Positions 47,470-56,525 of a stretch of DNA of 64,000 nucleotides are shown here, in pieces. This DNA is from Candidatus Latescibacterota bacterium (GTDB lineage: Bacteria > Latescibacterota > UBA2968 > UBA8231), in contig CBDCSU010000005.1 in the NCBI GenBank assembly GCA_965221775.1, forward strand, positions 1,376,001-1,440,000, in the 5' to 3' direction. Made by a program: the position numbers and the translations under genes. Below the pieces are notes generated by a model. That model saw nothing but the letters and a program-made list of their open reading frames with translations. It had not been told where the DNA came from and did not search any database. Within the stretch, counting starts at the first letter, position 1, and each line of letters begins with the position of its first letter.

Positions 47470-47712
47470 TCAGCTCGCTGGCGAGGCTTCGGGTGGATCC
47501 GGCGGGCGGGCAGGCCAGGGGCCGAAGGCCGCTCCCTCCAGGCGGGCCAGCCGCTCCGACACGGCGCCCACCGCCCGAAGGCCGTCAATCCGGGCGTCTA
47601 CGCCGTCGATCCGGGCGTCCAGCCGGTCCATGCGGGCGTCGAGTCGCCGCCAGACATAGAGGACGACGGCCAAGACGACGCCCCACGGTAACCAGGTTGA
47701 CAGCTCTGCCAT
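47470..47712 (-). CDS. Small membrane-anchored coiled-coil protein
   Basis: N-terminal TM, then heptads LDARMDR-LDARIDG-VDARIDG and ERLARLEG; 21-bp DNA repeats at 47581-47643. Confidence 0.6.
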   Translation of the reverse strand: MAELSTWLPWGVVLAVVLYVWRRLDARMDRLDARIDGVDARIDGLRAVGAVSERLARLEGAAFGPWPARPPDPPEASPAS

Positions 47713-47907
47713 GCTGGAAGGATACGCAGTTGCTCCGGGAGCGGCCAGACGCAGGCCAGGCCGGGGGCCCCTCCACGATCCGCTGGTAAACCGTGACCCA
47801 GCCCTTTCGAGGCCAGCCTCACCCGGCCCTGCTGGCGTGGCGGCAGAGCAGGGAAACCGCTAGGCTACTCCCGCCCCTGCCACCGATCCCCCTGAAAGGA
47901 GCTCACC

Positions 47908-49461
47908 TTGGGCGACGCTGACGAGCGGCTGGCGATCCTGCCGTTCCTCGACGGAGACGCGGACAACGGCAACATCTACGAGGCGATCGGCGTGGAGCCG
48001 ATCATCAACTGCCGCGGCACCTTCACCATCCTCGGCGGCTCCGTGGAGCTGCCGGAGGTGGTGGCCGCCATGGACGCCGCCCATGGCTACTTCGCGCAGT
48101 TCGATGAGCTGGCCGAGGCGGTGGGCCGGCACCTGGCGGCGATCACCGGCGCCGAGTGGGGGCTGATCTCGGCGGGCTGCGCCGCCGGCCTCAAGCACGT
48201 GACCACGGCCTGCGTCACCGGCGGCAGCCCGGAGCGGCTGATCCGGGTGCCCAACCTGGAGGGCTTCGACAAGACCCAGGTGATCCTGCCCCGCACCTCG
48301 CGCACGGCCTACGACCACGCCCTGCGCGTGGTCGGCGTCGAGCTGGTGATGGTCGACACCGCCGAGGAGATGGAGCGCGCCATCAACCCGCGAACGGCCA
48401 TGATCTATGTCGTCACCGGCCCGGCCACCGATGCCGGGCAGCCCCTGTCGCTGGAGGTGATCGCCGAGATCGCCCGGCCTAGGCAGATCCCCATCCTGGC
48501 CGACGCCGCCGCCGAGAACCTGACCATCCCCTGCGTGCACCTGGAGCGCGGCGCCACGGTCACGGCCTACAGCGGCGGCAAGGCCCTGTGCGGCCCCCAG
48601 GCCGCCGGCCTCGTCCTCGGCAGCAGGGACCTGCTCATGGCGGCCTGGCAGGCCAGCGCCCCCCATCACGGCCCCGGGCGCTCGGAGAAGATCGGCAAGG
48701 AGGAGATCCTGGGGATGCTGGCCGCCGTGGAGGCCTGGGTGCGGCGCGACCACGACGCCGAGTGGCAGGAGTGGCTCGGGATCCTGGAGCGGATCTCGGG
48801 ATCGGTGGCCGAGATCGACACCGTCGCCAGCCGCGTCGACGACCCGGCGGGGATGTCCAACCGGGCGCCGGCCCTGACCATCCGCTGGGACCCGGGACGC
48901 CTGAACATCACCGGCGCGGAGGTGGCCGAGGAGTTCGCGCGGAAGAAGCCGCGCGTCGCCGTGGGAGCCGCCGACTCGGGGGAGGGCGCCGGCATCCGCA
49001 TCAACCCCAGCCAGATGCAGCCCGGCGACGAGGAGGTCGTGATCGACCGCATCCGCCGCATCCTCACCGAGCCGCGGGGCCCGCGCTCGCACGACCTGGA
49101 GCCGGCCACCGCGGAGATCAGCGGCAACTGGGACCTGGACGTCGACTACTTCACCAGCACCCGCCGCCACCGGCTGACGATCGCCCAGGACGGCAACTGG
49201 ATCGAGGGCTCTCACCAGAGCGAGTTCTCCGTCCAGGAGCTGTCCGGCGTCGTCGAGGGGGACCGGGTGCGGCTGAGCAGCGCCGTCAGCAAGCCCGGAG
49301 ACTCCGTGCCCTTCTTGTTCTCTGGACGTGTCGAGGGGGACCGGATCTCGGGATCCATCCACCTCGGGGAGTACCTCACCGCCCGGTTCACCGCCGTCCG
49401 CTCCAACCCCCGGAAACGTCAACCCATCACCATCCCCGGTGGTCCGCCGCTGGCCACCTGA
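47908..49461 (+). CDS. SelA/DgaE-like PLP-dependent enzyme with C-terminal beta-domain extension
   Basis: IINCRGTFTILGGS, DAAAE, SGGKALCGPQ (PLP lysine), KIGKEEI. Confidence 0.8.
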   Translation: MGDADERLAILPFLDGDADNGNIYEAIGVEPIINCRGTFTILGGSVELPEVVAAMDAAHGYFAQFDELAEAVGRHLAAITGAEWGLISAGCAAGLKHVTTACVTGGSPERLIRVPNLEGFDKTQVILPRTSRTAYDHALRVVGVELVMVDTAEEMERAINPRTAMIYVVTGPATDAGQPLSLEVIAEIARPRQIPILADAAAENLTIPCVHLERGATVTAYSGGKALCGPQAAGLVLGSRDLLMAAWQASAPHHGPGRSEKIGKEEILGMLAAVEAWVRRDHDAEWQEWLGILERISGSVAEIDTVASRVDDPAGMSNRAPALTIRWDPGRLNITGAEVAEEFARKKPRVAVGAADSGEGAGIRINPSQMQPGDEEVVIDRIRRILTEPRGPRSHDLEPATAEISGNWDLDVDYFTSTRRHRLTIAQDGNWIEGSHQSEFSVQELSGVVEGDRVRLSSAVSKPGDSVPFLFSGRVEGDRISGSIHLGEYLTARFTAVRSNPRKRQPITIPGGPPLAT

Positions 49462-49470
49462 GCCCGAGCC

Positions 49471-50862
49471 ATGAACATCATCGTCCTCGTGAGCGACACC
49501 TTCCGCTACGACTACTTGGGGTGCAACGGCAACGAGTGGATCGGCACGGCGGCCCTCGACCGCTTCGCCGGGCGCGCCGTCTGCTTCGACCGGCACTACC
49601 TGTCCAGCTTCCCCACCATCCCCAACCGCACCGACCTCTTCAGCGGCCGCTACAGCTTCCCCTTCCACGGCTGGAAGCCCCTCGACCCGGACCTCCCGGT
49701 GCTGAGCACGATCTTCGGCGGCGCCGGCTGGCAGAGCCAGCTCATCTGTGACACGCCGCACCTGATGAAGGGCGTCCACCACTTCGACCGGGGATTCGAC
49801 GGCGCGTTCTGGATCCGCGGCCAGGAGGGAGACAAGCCGCTGCTGAAGGGCAACCTGCCGCCGAGGCTGGAGGTGGACGGCGCCAAGACCCGCGTCGATC
49901 CGCGCATGGCGGAGACCCGCTTCGGCAACCTGGCCACGCAGCACTCGTGGACCAACCGCGACTGGGCCTGGGAGGAGGACCGCTTCTGCGCGCGCACGGC
50001 GCGCACGGCGAGCCGCTGGCTGGAGGAGAACCGCGGCTGCGAGCCCTTCCTGCTGTGGGTCGACTTCTTCGACGCCCACGAGCCGTGGGACCCGCCGGAG
50101 CATCTCGTGGCCCGCTACGACAACTCCGGGTACGACGGCCCGCCGATGATCCACCCCAACTACGGGCCGGCCTCCGCCTACACGTCAGAGGAGCTGGCCA
50201 ACCTGCGGGCCCACTACGCCGCCGAGATCTACCTGGTCAACAAGTGGATCGGGTACGTGCTGGACAAGATCGAGGAGCTGGGGTTGTTCGAGGACAGCGT
50301 CGTCGTCTTCACATCGGATCACGGCATGTTCGTCGGCGAGCACGACCGCACCGGCAAGTCGAACATCCATCCCGAGGACGACCGCGTCTGGCCCCTGTAC
50401 GAGGAGATCAGCCACATCCCGCTGATGATCGCCGCTCCGGGCGCCGCGGGCGGAAGCCGGGTGAGCGCCCTGACCCAGTCGGTGGACCTGCTGCCGACGC
50501 TGATCGCCCTGGCCGGCGTCGATCCGGACGGCCTGGAGATGCACGGGCACTCGCTGGCGCCGCTGATGGGCGGACCCGCCGACTGGCCCCGCCAGTACGC
50601 CTTCAGCTCCACCTTCCTCCGCAACGGCGGGCCCACGGTCACCGGCGAGGGCTGGACCTACCTCGCCCATGGCGAGGACGGCGACGCGCCGGAGCTGTAC
50701 GACATGCGGGCCGACCCGCGGCAGGAAGCCAACGTAATCGGCGCCCGTCCCGAGGTGGCGGGACGGATGCGGCAGGCCCTGGCGCAGTTCCTCGACGAGG
50801 TGGAGACACCCGCGGAGAACCGGGCCCTGCTGGGGCCGGTGGGCGGGCCGGACTACGGCTGA
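49471..50862 (+). CDS. Sulfatase-like hydrolase with atypical TxPxR motif
   Basis: NIIVLVSDTFRYD, SFPTIPNRTD, FDAHEPWDPP, SDHG. Confidence 0.85.
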   Translation: MNIIVLVSDTFRYDYLGCNGNEWIGTAALDRFAGRAVCFDRHYLSSFPTIPNRTDLFSGRYSFPFHGWKPLDPDLPVLSTIFGGAGWQSQLICDTPHLMKGVHHFDRGFDGAFWIRGQEGDKPLLKGNLPPRLEVDGAKTRVDPRMAETRFGNLATQHSWTNRDWAWEEDRFCARTARTASRWLEENRGCEPFLLWVDFFDAHEPWDPPEHLVARYDNSGYDGPPMIHPNYGPASAYTSEELANLRAHYAAEIYLVNKWIGYVLDKIEELGLFEDSVVVFTSDHGMFVGEHDRTGKSNIHPEDDRVWPLYEEISHIPLMIAAPGAAGGSRVSALTQSVDLLPTLIALAGVDPDGLEMHGHSLAPLMGGPADWPRQYAFSSTFLRNGGPTVTGEGWTYLAHGEDGDAPELYDMRADPRQEANVIGARPEVAGRMRQALAQFLDEVETPAENRALLGPVGGPDYG

Positions 50863-50870
50863 CGCGGCCG

Positions 50871-51086
50871 CTATCCCGCGAAGAGGTCGAAGATGCTGCC
50901 CAGGGTGGAGCTGTCGGCCGCGTAGAACTCGGTGTAGCGGCACTTCCCGCAAGTCACGGTCGAGAGCTTTCGGTTCTGGACGTCGAACAACTTCGACCAG
51001 AACCCTCCCGCGGCGCGGATCTCGCCGATCTCGCACCGGGTGTGACGGCACTTGGGGCACTCGAAGGACAGCTCGGGCGAAGTCAC
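50871..51086 (-). CDS. Small zinc-ribbon protein
   Basis: CPKC...[10 protein letters not shown]...[10 protein letters not shown]; GTG 51086. Confidence 0.85.
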   Translation of the reverse strand: MTSPELSFECPKCRHTRCEIGEIRAAGGFWSKLFDVQNRKLSTVTCGKCRYTEFYAADSSTLGSIFDLFAG

Positions 51087-52120
51087 AGCTCGGCAACCTT
51101 CACCGGCCTCCCCTCGGCGGCGGCGAGATCGGCGGCGAAGGCCACTCTCGATGTCTCGAGGGCGGTCTCCCAGTCGGTGAGCGGCATCGCCTCCTTGCGG
51201 CCGATGGCGTCGACGAAGGCCTGGAACTGCGGCTCGTACGGGTGATCGCTCACGTCGCCCGAGTCGATGAGCGAGGTCTCCAGCGTGCTCCACCGGTCCT
51301 TCACCATCCCCTTCAGCTTCTTCGAGTAGATCCGGTTGTCGAGGAGGCTTCCCTCGCTGCCGACGAGATGGATGTGGAAGTAGTAGGGCTGCAGGCAGTC
51401 GATGCAGGAGGTGACCTTGGCGAGCTTGTCGCCTCCGGCGAACCTCAGGGTGCTGAGGCTGGTGGTGTTGTACTCGTACGGCGCGAAGTCGGTCCCCTTG
51501 GACTTGACCTGGTGGCTCGACACCTCCTCCACCTCGCCGTCCATGAAGAACAGGCAGGTGTCGAGGGCGTGGACGCCGGCGGTGAGCAGGGAACTGCCGC
51601 CCATCTCCTTCTTGATGTTCCACCCGTACTGTCCGTACCAGGGCCCGATGCCGTGATAGTAGTCGACCTCGGCGTAGTGCAGCTCTCCGAGCAGGCCTTC
51701 GTCGATGACCGAGCGGATCATGGTGAAGTGGGCGCTGTAGCGGCACTCGAAGCAGACGCAGACATTGACGCCGGTCTCGCGGATCGCTGCGCCCATGGCG
51801 AGGGCGTCCTCCCAGGTGAGGGAGACCGGCTTCTCGATGATCAGGTGCTTGCCGGCCCGGGCCGCCGCGATCGCCTGCTCGGCGTGGAAGGGATGGGGGG
51901 TGCAGATGTCGATGACGTCGATGTCGCCGTCGGCCAGCATGGCGTCGTAGTCGGTGTACGCCTTCAGGGGTGTGCCGAACTGCGCCGCCAGGTCGGCCTC
52001 GTCGTGCTCCCTGCGGGAGCAGATGGCGGTGACGTTCCCGCCCTCCACCGCCTTGAAGGCCTCGATGTGGGCGCCGGCCACCCAACCCAGTCCCACGATT
52101 CCCACGTTCAGCTCGCTCAT
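51083..52120 (-). CDS. Gfo/Idh/MocA oxidoreductase
   Basis: [16 protein letters not shown]; start ATG 52120. Confidence 0.92.
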   Translation of the reverse strand: MSELNVGIVGLGWVAGAHIEAFKAVEGGNVTAICSRREHDEADLAAQFGTPLKAYTDYDAMLADGDIDVIDICTPHPFHAEQAIAAARAGKHLIIEKPVSLTWEDALAMGAAIRETGVNVCVCFECRYSAHFTMIRSVIDEGLLGELHYAEVDYYHGIGPWYGQYGWNIKKEMGGSSLLTAGVHALDTCLFFMDGEVEEVSSHQVKSKGTDFAPYEYNTTSLSTLRFAGGDKLAKVTSCIDCLQPYYFHIHLVGSEGSLLDNRIYSKKLKGMVKDRWSTLETSLIDSGDVSDHPYEPQFQAFVDAIGRKEAMPLTDWETALETSRVAFAADLAAAEGRPVKVAEL

Positions 52121-52133
52121 GATGATCTCTCCG

Positions 52134-53852
52134 TCAGTTGGTGAGTGGTAGTGTCGAGACCGTCGCGGAAGGCGGTCCCTCGTTGGGAGGCCGCCTGTAG
52201 TCCACGGCGGTGATCCGGTAGGACCAGGACTCCGATGCCGCGTCCCGGTCCACGTACTGCGTCGCGCCCAGCGGCTCCTCGTGCAGGGGATGGAAGGGTC
52301 CTTCCGGCCCGGGCGCGCGATGGACGGTGTATCCACGCAGCCCGGTGAGGGTTGTGCCGTCGGCATCCGCCGCCGGCGGCTGCCAGGAGACTTGCACGTC
52401 CGGTCCGGTGCAGACCAGCTCCGGTTGCAGCGGAGCGCCGGGCGCCCACGTGTCGTGCAGCTGCGCGGCCACCGCCAGCATCGCCGCCGTGGCGGCAATA
52501 TGGGCCGCCTTCCCCTCGATGGAAACCTCCTTGTCGTAGTACGCGGCCATCGCTTCCCGGATGCGGTAGTCGTACCCGGCCAGGTAGAGGAACCCCCAGC
52601 CCCAGTGGCCCCGGTCCTCGTCGAGCGCGTTGGGGACTCCGTCGACATAGTAGGCGAAGGCGGGTTTGTCGAGACGGCCGTTCCAGACCTTGTGGACGAA
52701 GGTGTTGGCCATCCTCGCCAGGTCCCTCTCCGTGAAGCTGAACCCGCTGCGCACGCCCTGCAGCGCCGCCTGGATGTCGATGAACCCATGGCCCACGTCC
52801 TCCATCAGGTCGGGCCAGGCGCTGTTGGGGCCGTACTTCCAGGTGTAGGCGTCCGCCTCCGCGTCGTGCTGCAGTTGCTCGTGAAAGAACCGCAGCATCT
52901 GCTCGCTCTGTTCGGCGTAGAAGGTCGCGTAGTCTTGCTCGTGCGGCGTGTAGTAGGGCGAGGTCGAGAGGCGGCTCAGGGTCACGAGGGCATCGGCGAA
53001 GGAGAGGAACATGTTGAGGGGCTGGTTCCTCCACCCGGACCACTCATACAGGTGGTAGCCCCCGTTCTCGCCAAAACGGCTGTTGTCCGATTCCGTCCAC
53101 CCGGGGTGCGGCTCCCAGTTGGCGTGCCACTTGGCGATCACCTCCTCTTCCACGATGCGGAGGTACTCGTCGGCCCGGGACTTGTAGGCCGGGTGCAGGG
53201 CCGGGTCCTGCCAGACCAGCTCGACGAAGGCCACGATGGGGCTGATGATCAGCCCGTCGTCGCTGAACCACTCGGTGTACTCGGGGGCGTACTGGGTGTA
53301 GCGCGCCTGCCCCCACCCCTCGTAGCCGTCCACGTAGCGCGGGTCGTAGCTCTCGTAGGGCGGCACGTCCGAGCGAGCCTCCAGAATGCGGTCGATCTGT
53401 CCCGCGAGCCTGTCCAGCCAGACCGTCTCACCGAAGGTGCGGTAGAGATTGAGATACATCCTCTGCACGTAGCCCGAAGGCGCCCACGCGTAGGTCCCCC
53501 CGTCATGGCCGTCCAGGTACCTGTCCCCGTGCGTTTCGTCCCACTCCGCGAAGGCGGCGTACCAGTCGGTGCTCGTCGCCGGCAGCGTGGCCCGCGTCCC
53601 CGTGAAGGTCGCCGCAAAGAGGAAGAAGTCGCTGAAGTCGACCCGCCCGTCGCCGTCGAGATCGAGATCGGACCGGAACCCGGGGTCGCCGCTCCGGGCC
53701 CCGAAGCCGGAGACGAAGATGTCGAAGTCGTCGTGGTCGACGGTGCCGTTGCCGTCGAAGTCACTCGTCTTGGATGCCCCCACCGCCAAGGCGGGCAGGG
53801 CGAGCACACCGGAGGCAACGGCGGAGAGCCACAGGATCCGATGGACGGCCAT
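52134..53852 (-). CDS. Secreted protein: dockerin/EF-hand-like pair, helical core, FN3-like C-terminus
   Basis: Signal peptide; [13 protein letters not shown] and [13 protein letters not shown]; VSWQPP...GYTVHR...YRITAVD. Confidence 0.75.
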   Translation of the reverse strand: MAVHRILWLSAVASGVLALPALAVGASKTSDFDGNGTVDHDDFDIFVSGFGARSGDPGFRSDLDLDGDGRVDFSDFFLFAATFTGTRATLPATSTDWYAAFAEWDETHGDRYLDGHDGGTYAWAPSGYVQRMYLNLYRTFGETVWLDRLAGQIDRILEARSDVPPYESYDPRYVDGYEGWGQARYTQYAPEYTEWFSDDGLIISPIVAFVELVWQDPALHPAYKSRADEYLRIVEEEVIAKWHANWEPHPGWTESDNSRFGENGGYHLYEWSGWRNQPLNMFLSFADALVTLSRLSTSPYYTPHEQDYATFYAEQSEQMLRFFHEQLQHDAEADAYTWKYGPNSAWPDLMEDVGHGFIDIQAALQGVRSGFSFTERDLARMANTFVHKVWNGRLDKPAFAYYVDGVPNALDEDRGHWGWGFLYLAGYDYRIREAMAAYYDKEVSIEGKAAHIAATAAMLAVAAQLHDTWAPGAPLQPELVCTGPDVQVSWQPPAADADGTTLTGLRGYTVHRAPGPEGPFHPLHEEPLGATQYVDRDAASESWSYRITAVDYRRPPNEGPPSATVSTLPLTN

Positions 53853-53863
53853 CGTGGAAGACC

Positions 53864-54904
53864 TCAGCGCACCACCGGGTCCGTCCGCCCCCAGGCGTTG
53901 TGGCGCACCGTGACCCGGTCCTCGCAGACGATGGCGCCGCCCTCGGTCCGGTGGTGGAACCAGTTGTGCTCGACCACGGCCCGGTCCTCGGGGGTGCCCG
54001 AGATGAGGAGGGCGCGGCGGTTGGGGACACGGAAGGTGTTGTGGTGGACGTGCATCCAGCCCCCCGCGATGTCGGTGCCGTCCTGGCGGTCGCGGCCCCC
54101 GTGCATGTCGAAGCAGTGGCCGAGGCTGCGTCCCATCTCGACGTTGTCACGCGCCTCGTACCCCGAGCCGCTGCGGCCGGTGCCGGCGATGGAGTGGCGG
54201 TTGGCGTCGAAGAGGTTGCCCTCGATCAGGGTCTCCGCCTCGTCGAGGCAGACGCCGTACCCGAGGCCCTGGTACTGGTTGTGGTGGATGAAGCAGTGCT
54301 GCACGCGGTGGCCGTCCCCGGCCAGGATGTACACGGCCCCGAGGCTCCAGCCGGCCAGCTCGCAGTTGTCGACGCGCAGCCGCGGCTCCCGCGCCTCGAT
54401 ACCGGCGGAGGTGGGGAACTTGTAGTAGTAGCCGGCGCCGCGGCCTTCGTAGTAGGCGCGGGAGTGGTGCTCCAGGCACTGGCGGGGATTCGGCCCCTCC
54501 AGGCGGAGGCCGGTGAGGCGCGCGTCGGGCCCGGTGACCCGGATCAGCGGATTGGTGGCGAAGGTGTCGGAGCGGATCAGGCCGCCGGGGGCCCCGCGGA
54601 TGCCGCGGTCGCTGGCCAGGGTCACGCCGCCGGGCAGCTCCAGGACCAGCTCCTCCACGTGGACCCGCTCCGTGCACTCGATGACGGCGTCTCCCGCCAC
54701 GTACACGGTGTCGCCGGCGCGGGCCGAGGCCAGGGCCTCCAGCAGCTCGTCGAGGTTGCGCGCTGGCGGGTTGGTGGGCCGCACGACCTCGCGGTACCCG
54801 GCGCCGCCGCCGAGGGGGTAGCCGCGGCTCCCGGAGGCGCCGCAGGCGCGGGCACCGCGGCCGACGCGGGTCGGTCCGTGGAGTGTGGAACGGGCGTTGA
54901 ACAT
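53864..54904 (-). CDS. Right-handed beta-helix protein, copy 2
   Basis: Colinear, highly similar paralogue of 46267..47310. Confidence 0.8.
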   Translation of the reverse strand: MFNARSTLHGPTRVGRGARACGASGSRGYPLGGGAGYREVVRPTNPPARNLDELLEALASARAGDTVYVAGDAVIECTERVHVEELVLELPGGVTLASDRGIRGAPGGLIRSDTFATNPLIRVTGPDARLTGLRLEGPNPRQCLEHHSRAYYEGRGAGYYYKFPTSAGIEAREPRLRVDNCELAGWSLGAVYILAGDGHRVQHCFIHHNQYQGLGYGVCLDEAETLIEGNLFDANRHSIAGTGRSGSGYEARDNVEMGRSLGHCFDMHGGRDRQDGTDIAGGWMHVHHNTFRVPNRRALLISGTPEDRAVVEHNWFHHRTEGGAIVCEDRVTVRHNAWGRTDPVVR

Positions 54905-55027
54905 GGGGGGAGAAGGCTAGGCTCTCGGGCGGAGGCGGGCCAGAGGGCTCCACCTCTCGGCGCCATCGCCAATGGTGATGCGCGCCGGAGCTTACCTTCT
55001 GCGCCGGATCACCGCGGGAGGAGCCTT

Positions 55028-55531
55028 GTGCCGCCACCTGGCAAATGCCGAATCGACATCCAACGACTCGCGGCCCATGAGGCGCCGCGGCTGCGCGCGA
55101 TCCGGCTGCGGGCCCTGGCCGAGTCGCCCGACGCCTTCGGCAGCACCTGTGACGAGGCCGCGGCCCTCCCGCCGGACAGCTGGGCCGCGCAGCTTCAGAG
55201 CATGGCCACTTTCGCAGCCGTCGTGGACGGAGAGGACGTGGGCCTGGTGCGGGGGGCGCCCGATGAAGCGCGAACCGACGCCGCCTGGCTGATCTCCATG
55301 TGGGTGGCCCCGGAGGTCAGGGGACGAGGCGTGGGCGAGGCCCTCGTCGACGCCGTCGTCGAGTGGGCGCGGGCCAGCGGCGCCCGCCGCCTGCTGCTGG
55401 ACGTGGGGGACCACAACCGCCCGGCCATCGCCCTGTACGCCCGCATGGGCTTCGAGCCCAACGGGACGACCGGTGCGCTGCCGTCGCCGCGAAGCCACAT
55501 CCGCGAGCACCAGCGAGAGCTGAGGCTCTGA
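55028..55531 (+). CDS. GNAT family N-acetyltransferase
   Basis: LRALAESPDAF, SMWVAPEVRGRGVG, NRPAIALYARMGF; start approximate. Confidence 0.88.
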   Translation: MPPPGKCRIDIQRLAAHEAPRLRAIRLRALAESPDAFGSTCDEAAALPPDSWAAQLQSMATFAAVVDGEDVGLVRGAPDEARTDAAWLISMWVAPEVRGRGVGEALVDAVVEWARASGARRLLLDVGDHNRPAIALYARMGFEPNGTTGALPSPRSHIREHQRELRL

Positions 55532-55570
55532 GGTGAGCCCGTTGATTTTGTGCTGTTGACTATCGATACT

Positions 55571-56155
55571 ATGCACATGGATAGCGCATCTCCCCAGATT
55601 GTCCTGGACTCGAAGCGCCTTCAGTTCGAGATCCGCCGCCGCGGCATGTCCGTGACGGGCCTGGCCGAGGCCGTGGGCATCCACCGGAACACAATCGGGA
55701 ACTATCTGTCGGGCAAGGCGGGCCTGCCCCAGGGCCTCTCCAGGATCCTCGACGCCCTCGACCTGACCCCCGCGGAGGTGCTCTCCTGGGACCGGCGCCG
55801 CCGCCGCATCCCCGGCCTCGCGGTCTCCGGCCTCGTGAGCGCCCTGCACGCGGAGGCTCCCGGCGCCGCCTTCCTTCTCTTCGGTTCCCGCGCCCGCGGC
55901 GACGCCAAGCCCTACTCCGACCATGACCTCGGTCTCTTCACCGGCTCGGCCTTGGAGTTCCCCCTCTACTCGCGGCTCCTGGACCGGGTGGCCGCGTGGA
56001 ACGAGGAGTCCCTGCTCACGGCGCAGCTCGTCGACCTCACCCGGGCGGAGCCGTCCTTCCTCGCGGAGATCGCGGAGGACGCCCTCTTCCTGGCCGGCTG
56101 CCACGCCTCCTGGTGCGCCTTCCTGCGAGAAGCGGGAGTCTTCTTGCATGACTGA
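55571..56155 (+). CDS. XRE-HTH fused to a minimal nucleotidyltransferase (antitoxin)
   Basis: MSVTGLAEAVGIHRNTIGNYLSG (HTH); LFGSRARGDAKPYSDHDL (GSx10DxD). Confidence 0.85.
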   Translation: MHMDSASPQIVLDSKRLQFEIRRRGMSVTGLAEAVGIHRNTIGNYLSGKAGLPQGLSRILDALDLTPAEVLSWDRRRRRIPGLAVSGLVSALHAEAPGAAFLLFGSRARGDAKPYSDHDLGLFTGSALEFPLYSRLLDRVAAWNEESLLTAQLVDLTRAEPSFLAEIAEDALFLAGCHASWCAFLREAGVFLHD

Positions 56156-56513
56156 CGCGAAGCTGAAACAGTCCTTCGACCTGCTGGAGGCCGCCCTGGA
56201 CGAGTGCCGGGCGGAACCCGGCCATGCGCTGAAGGCCGCGGCCCTGGCCAAGGCCTTCGAGACCACCTTCGAACACGCCTGGAGAGGATTCAAGCGCGAG
56301 GCCGGCCAGGCCGGGCTGGAGGCCTACAGTCCCCGCGACGCCATCAAGTCCGCGGCCCAGTTGGGGATCATCGAGGAGCTGGAGGACTGGAACCAGTTCC
56401 TCAACGCCCGCAATCTGTCCGTGCACGATAACGTCGGCATGGACGATGCGGACATGCTCGCACTCGTGGGCCGGTTCCGGGACGAGGTGAGGCGGCTCCT
56501 CGACCGGGGGTAA
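56148..56513 (+). CDS. HEPN protein (nucleotidyltransferase substrate-binding, HI0074-like)
   Basis: FETTFEHAW, SPRDAIK, RNLSVH (Rx4H). Confidence 0.85.
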   Translation: MTDAKLKQSFDLLEAALDECRAEPGHALKAAALAKAFETTFEHAWRGFKREAGQAGLEAYSPRDAIKSAAQLGIIEELEDWNQFLNARNLSVHDNVGMDDADMLALVGRFRDEVRRLLDRG

Positions 56514-56525
56514 GAGGCGAGCCCG

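Noticed and set aside
47908-49461. True selenocysteine synthase selA
   Set aside because: No selB, selC or selD nearby; motifs fit the broader SelA-like/DgaE group.
32970-56513. Both HEPN proteins end in LDRG
   Set aside because: Only four residues in unrelated subfamilies; likely coincidence.
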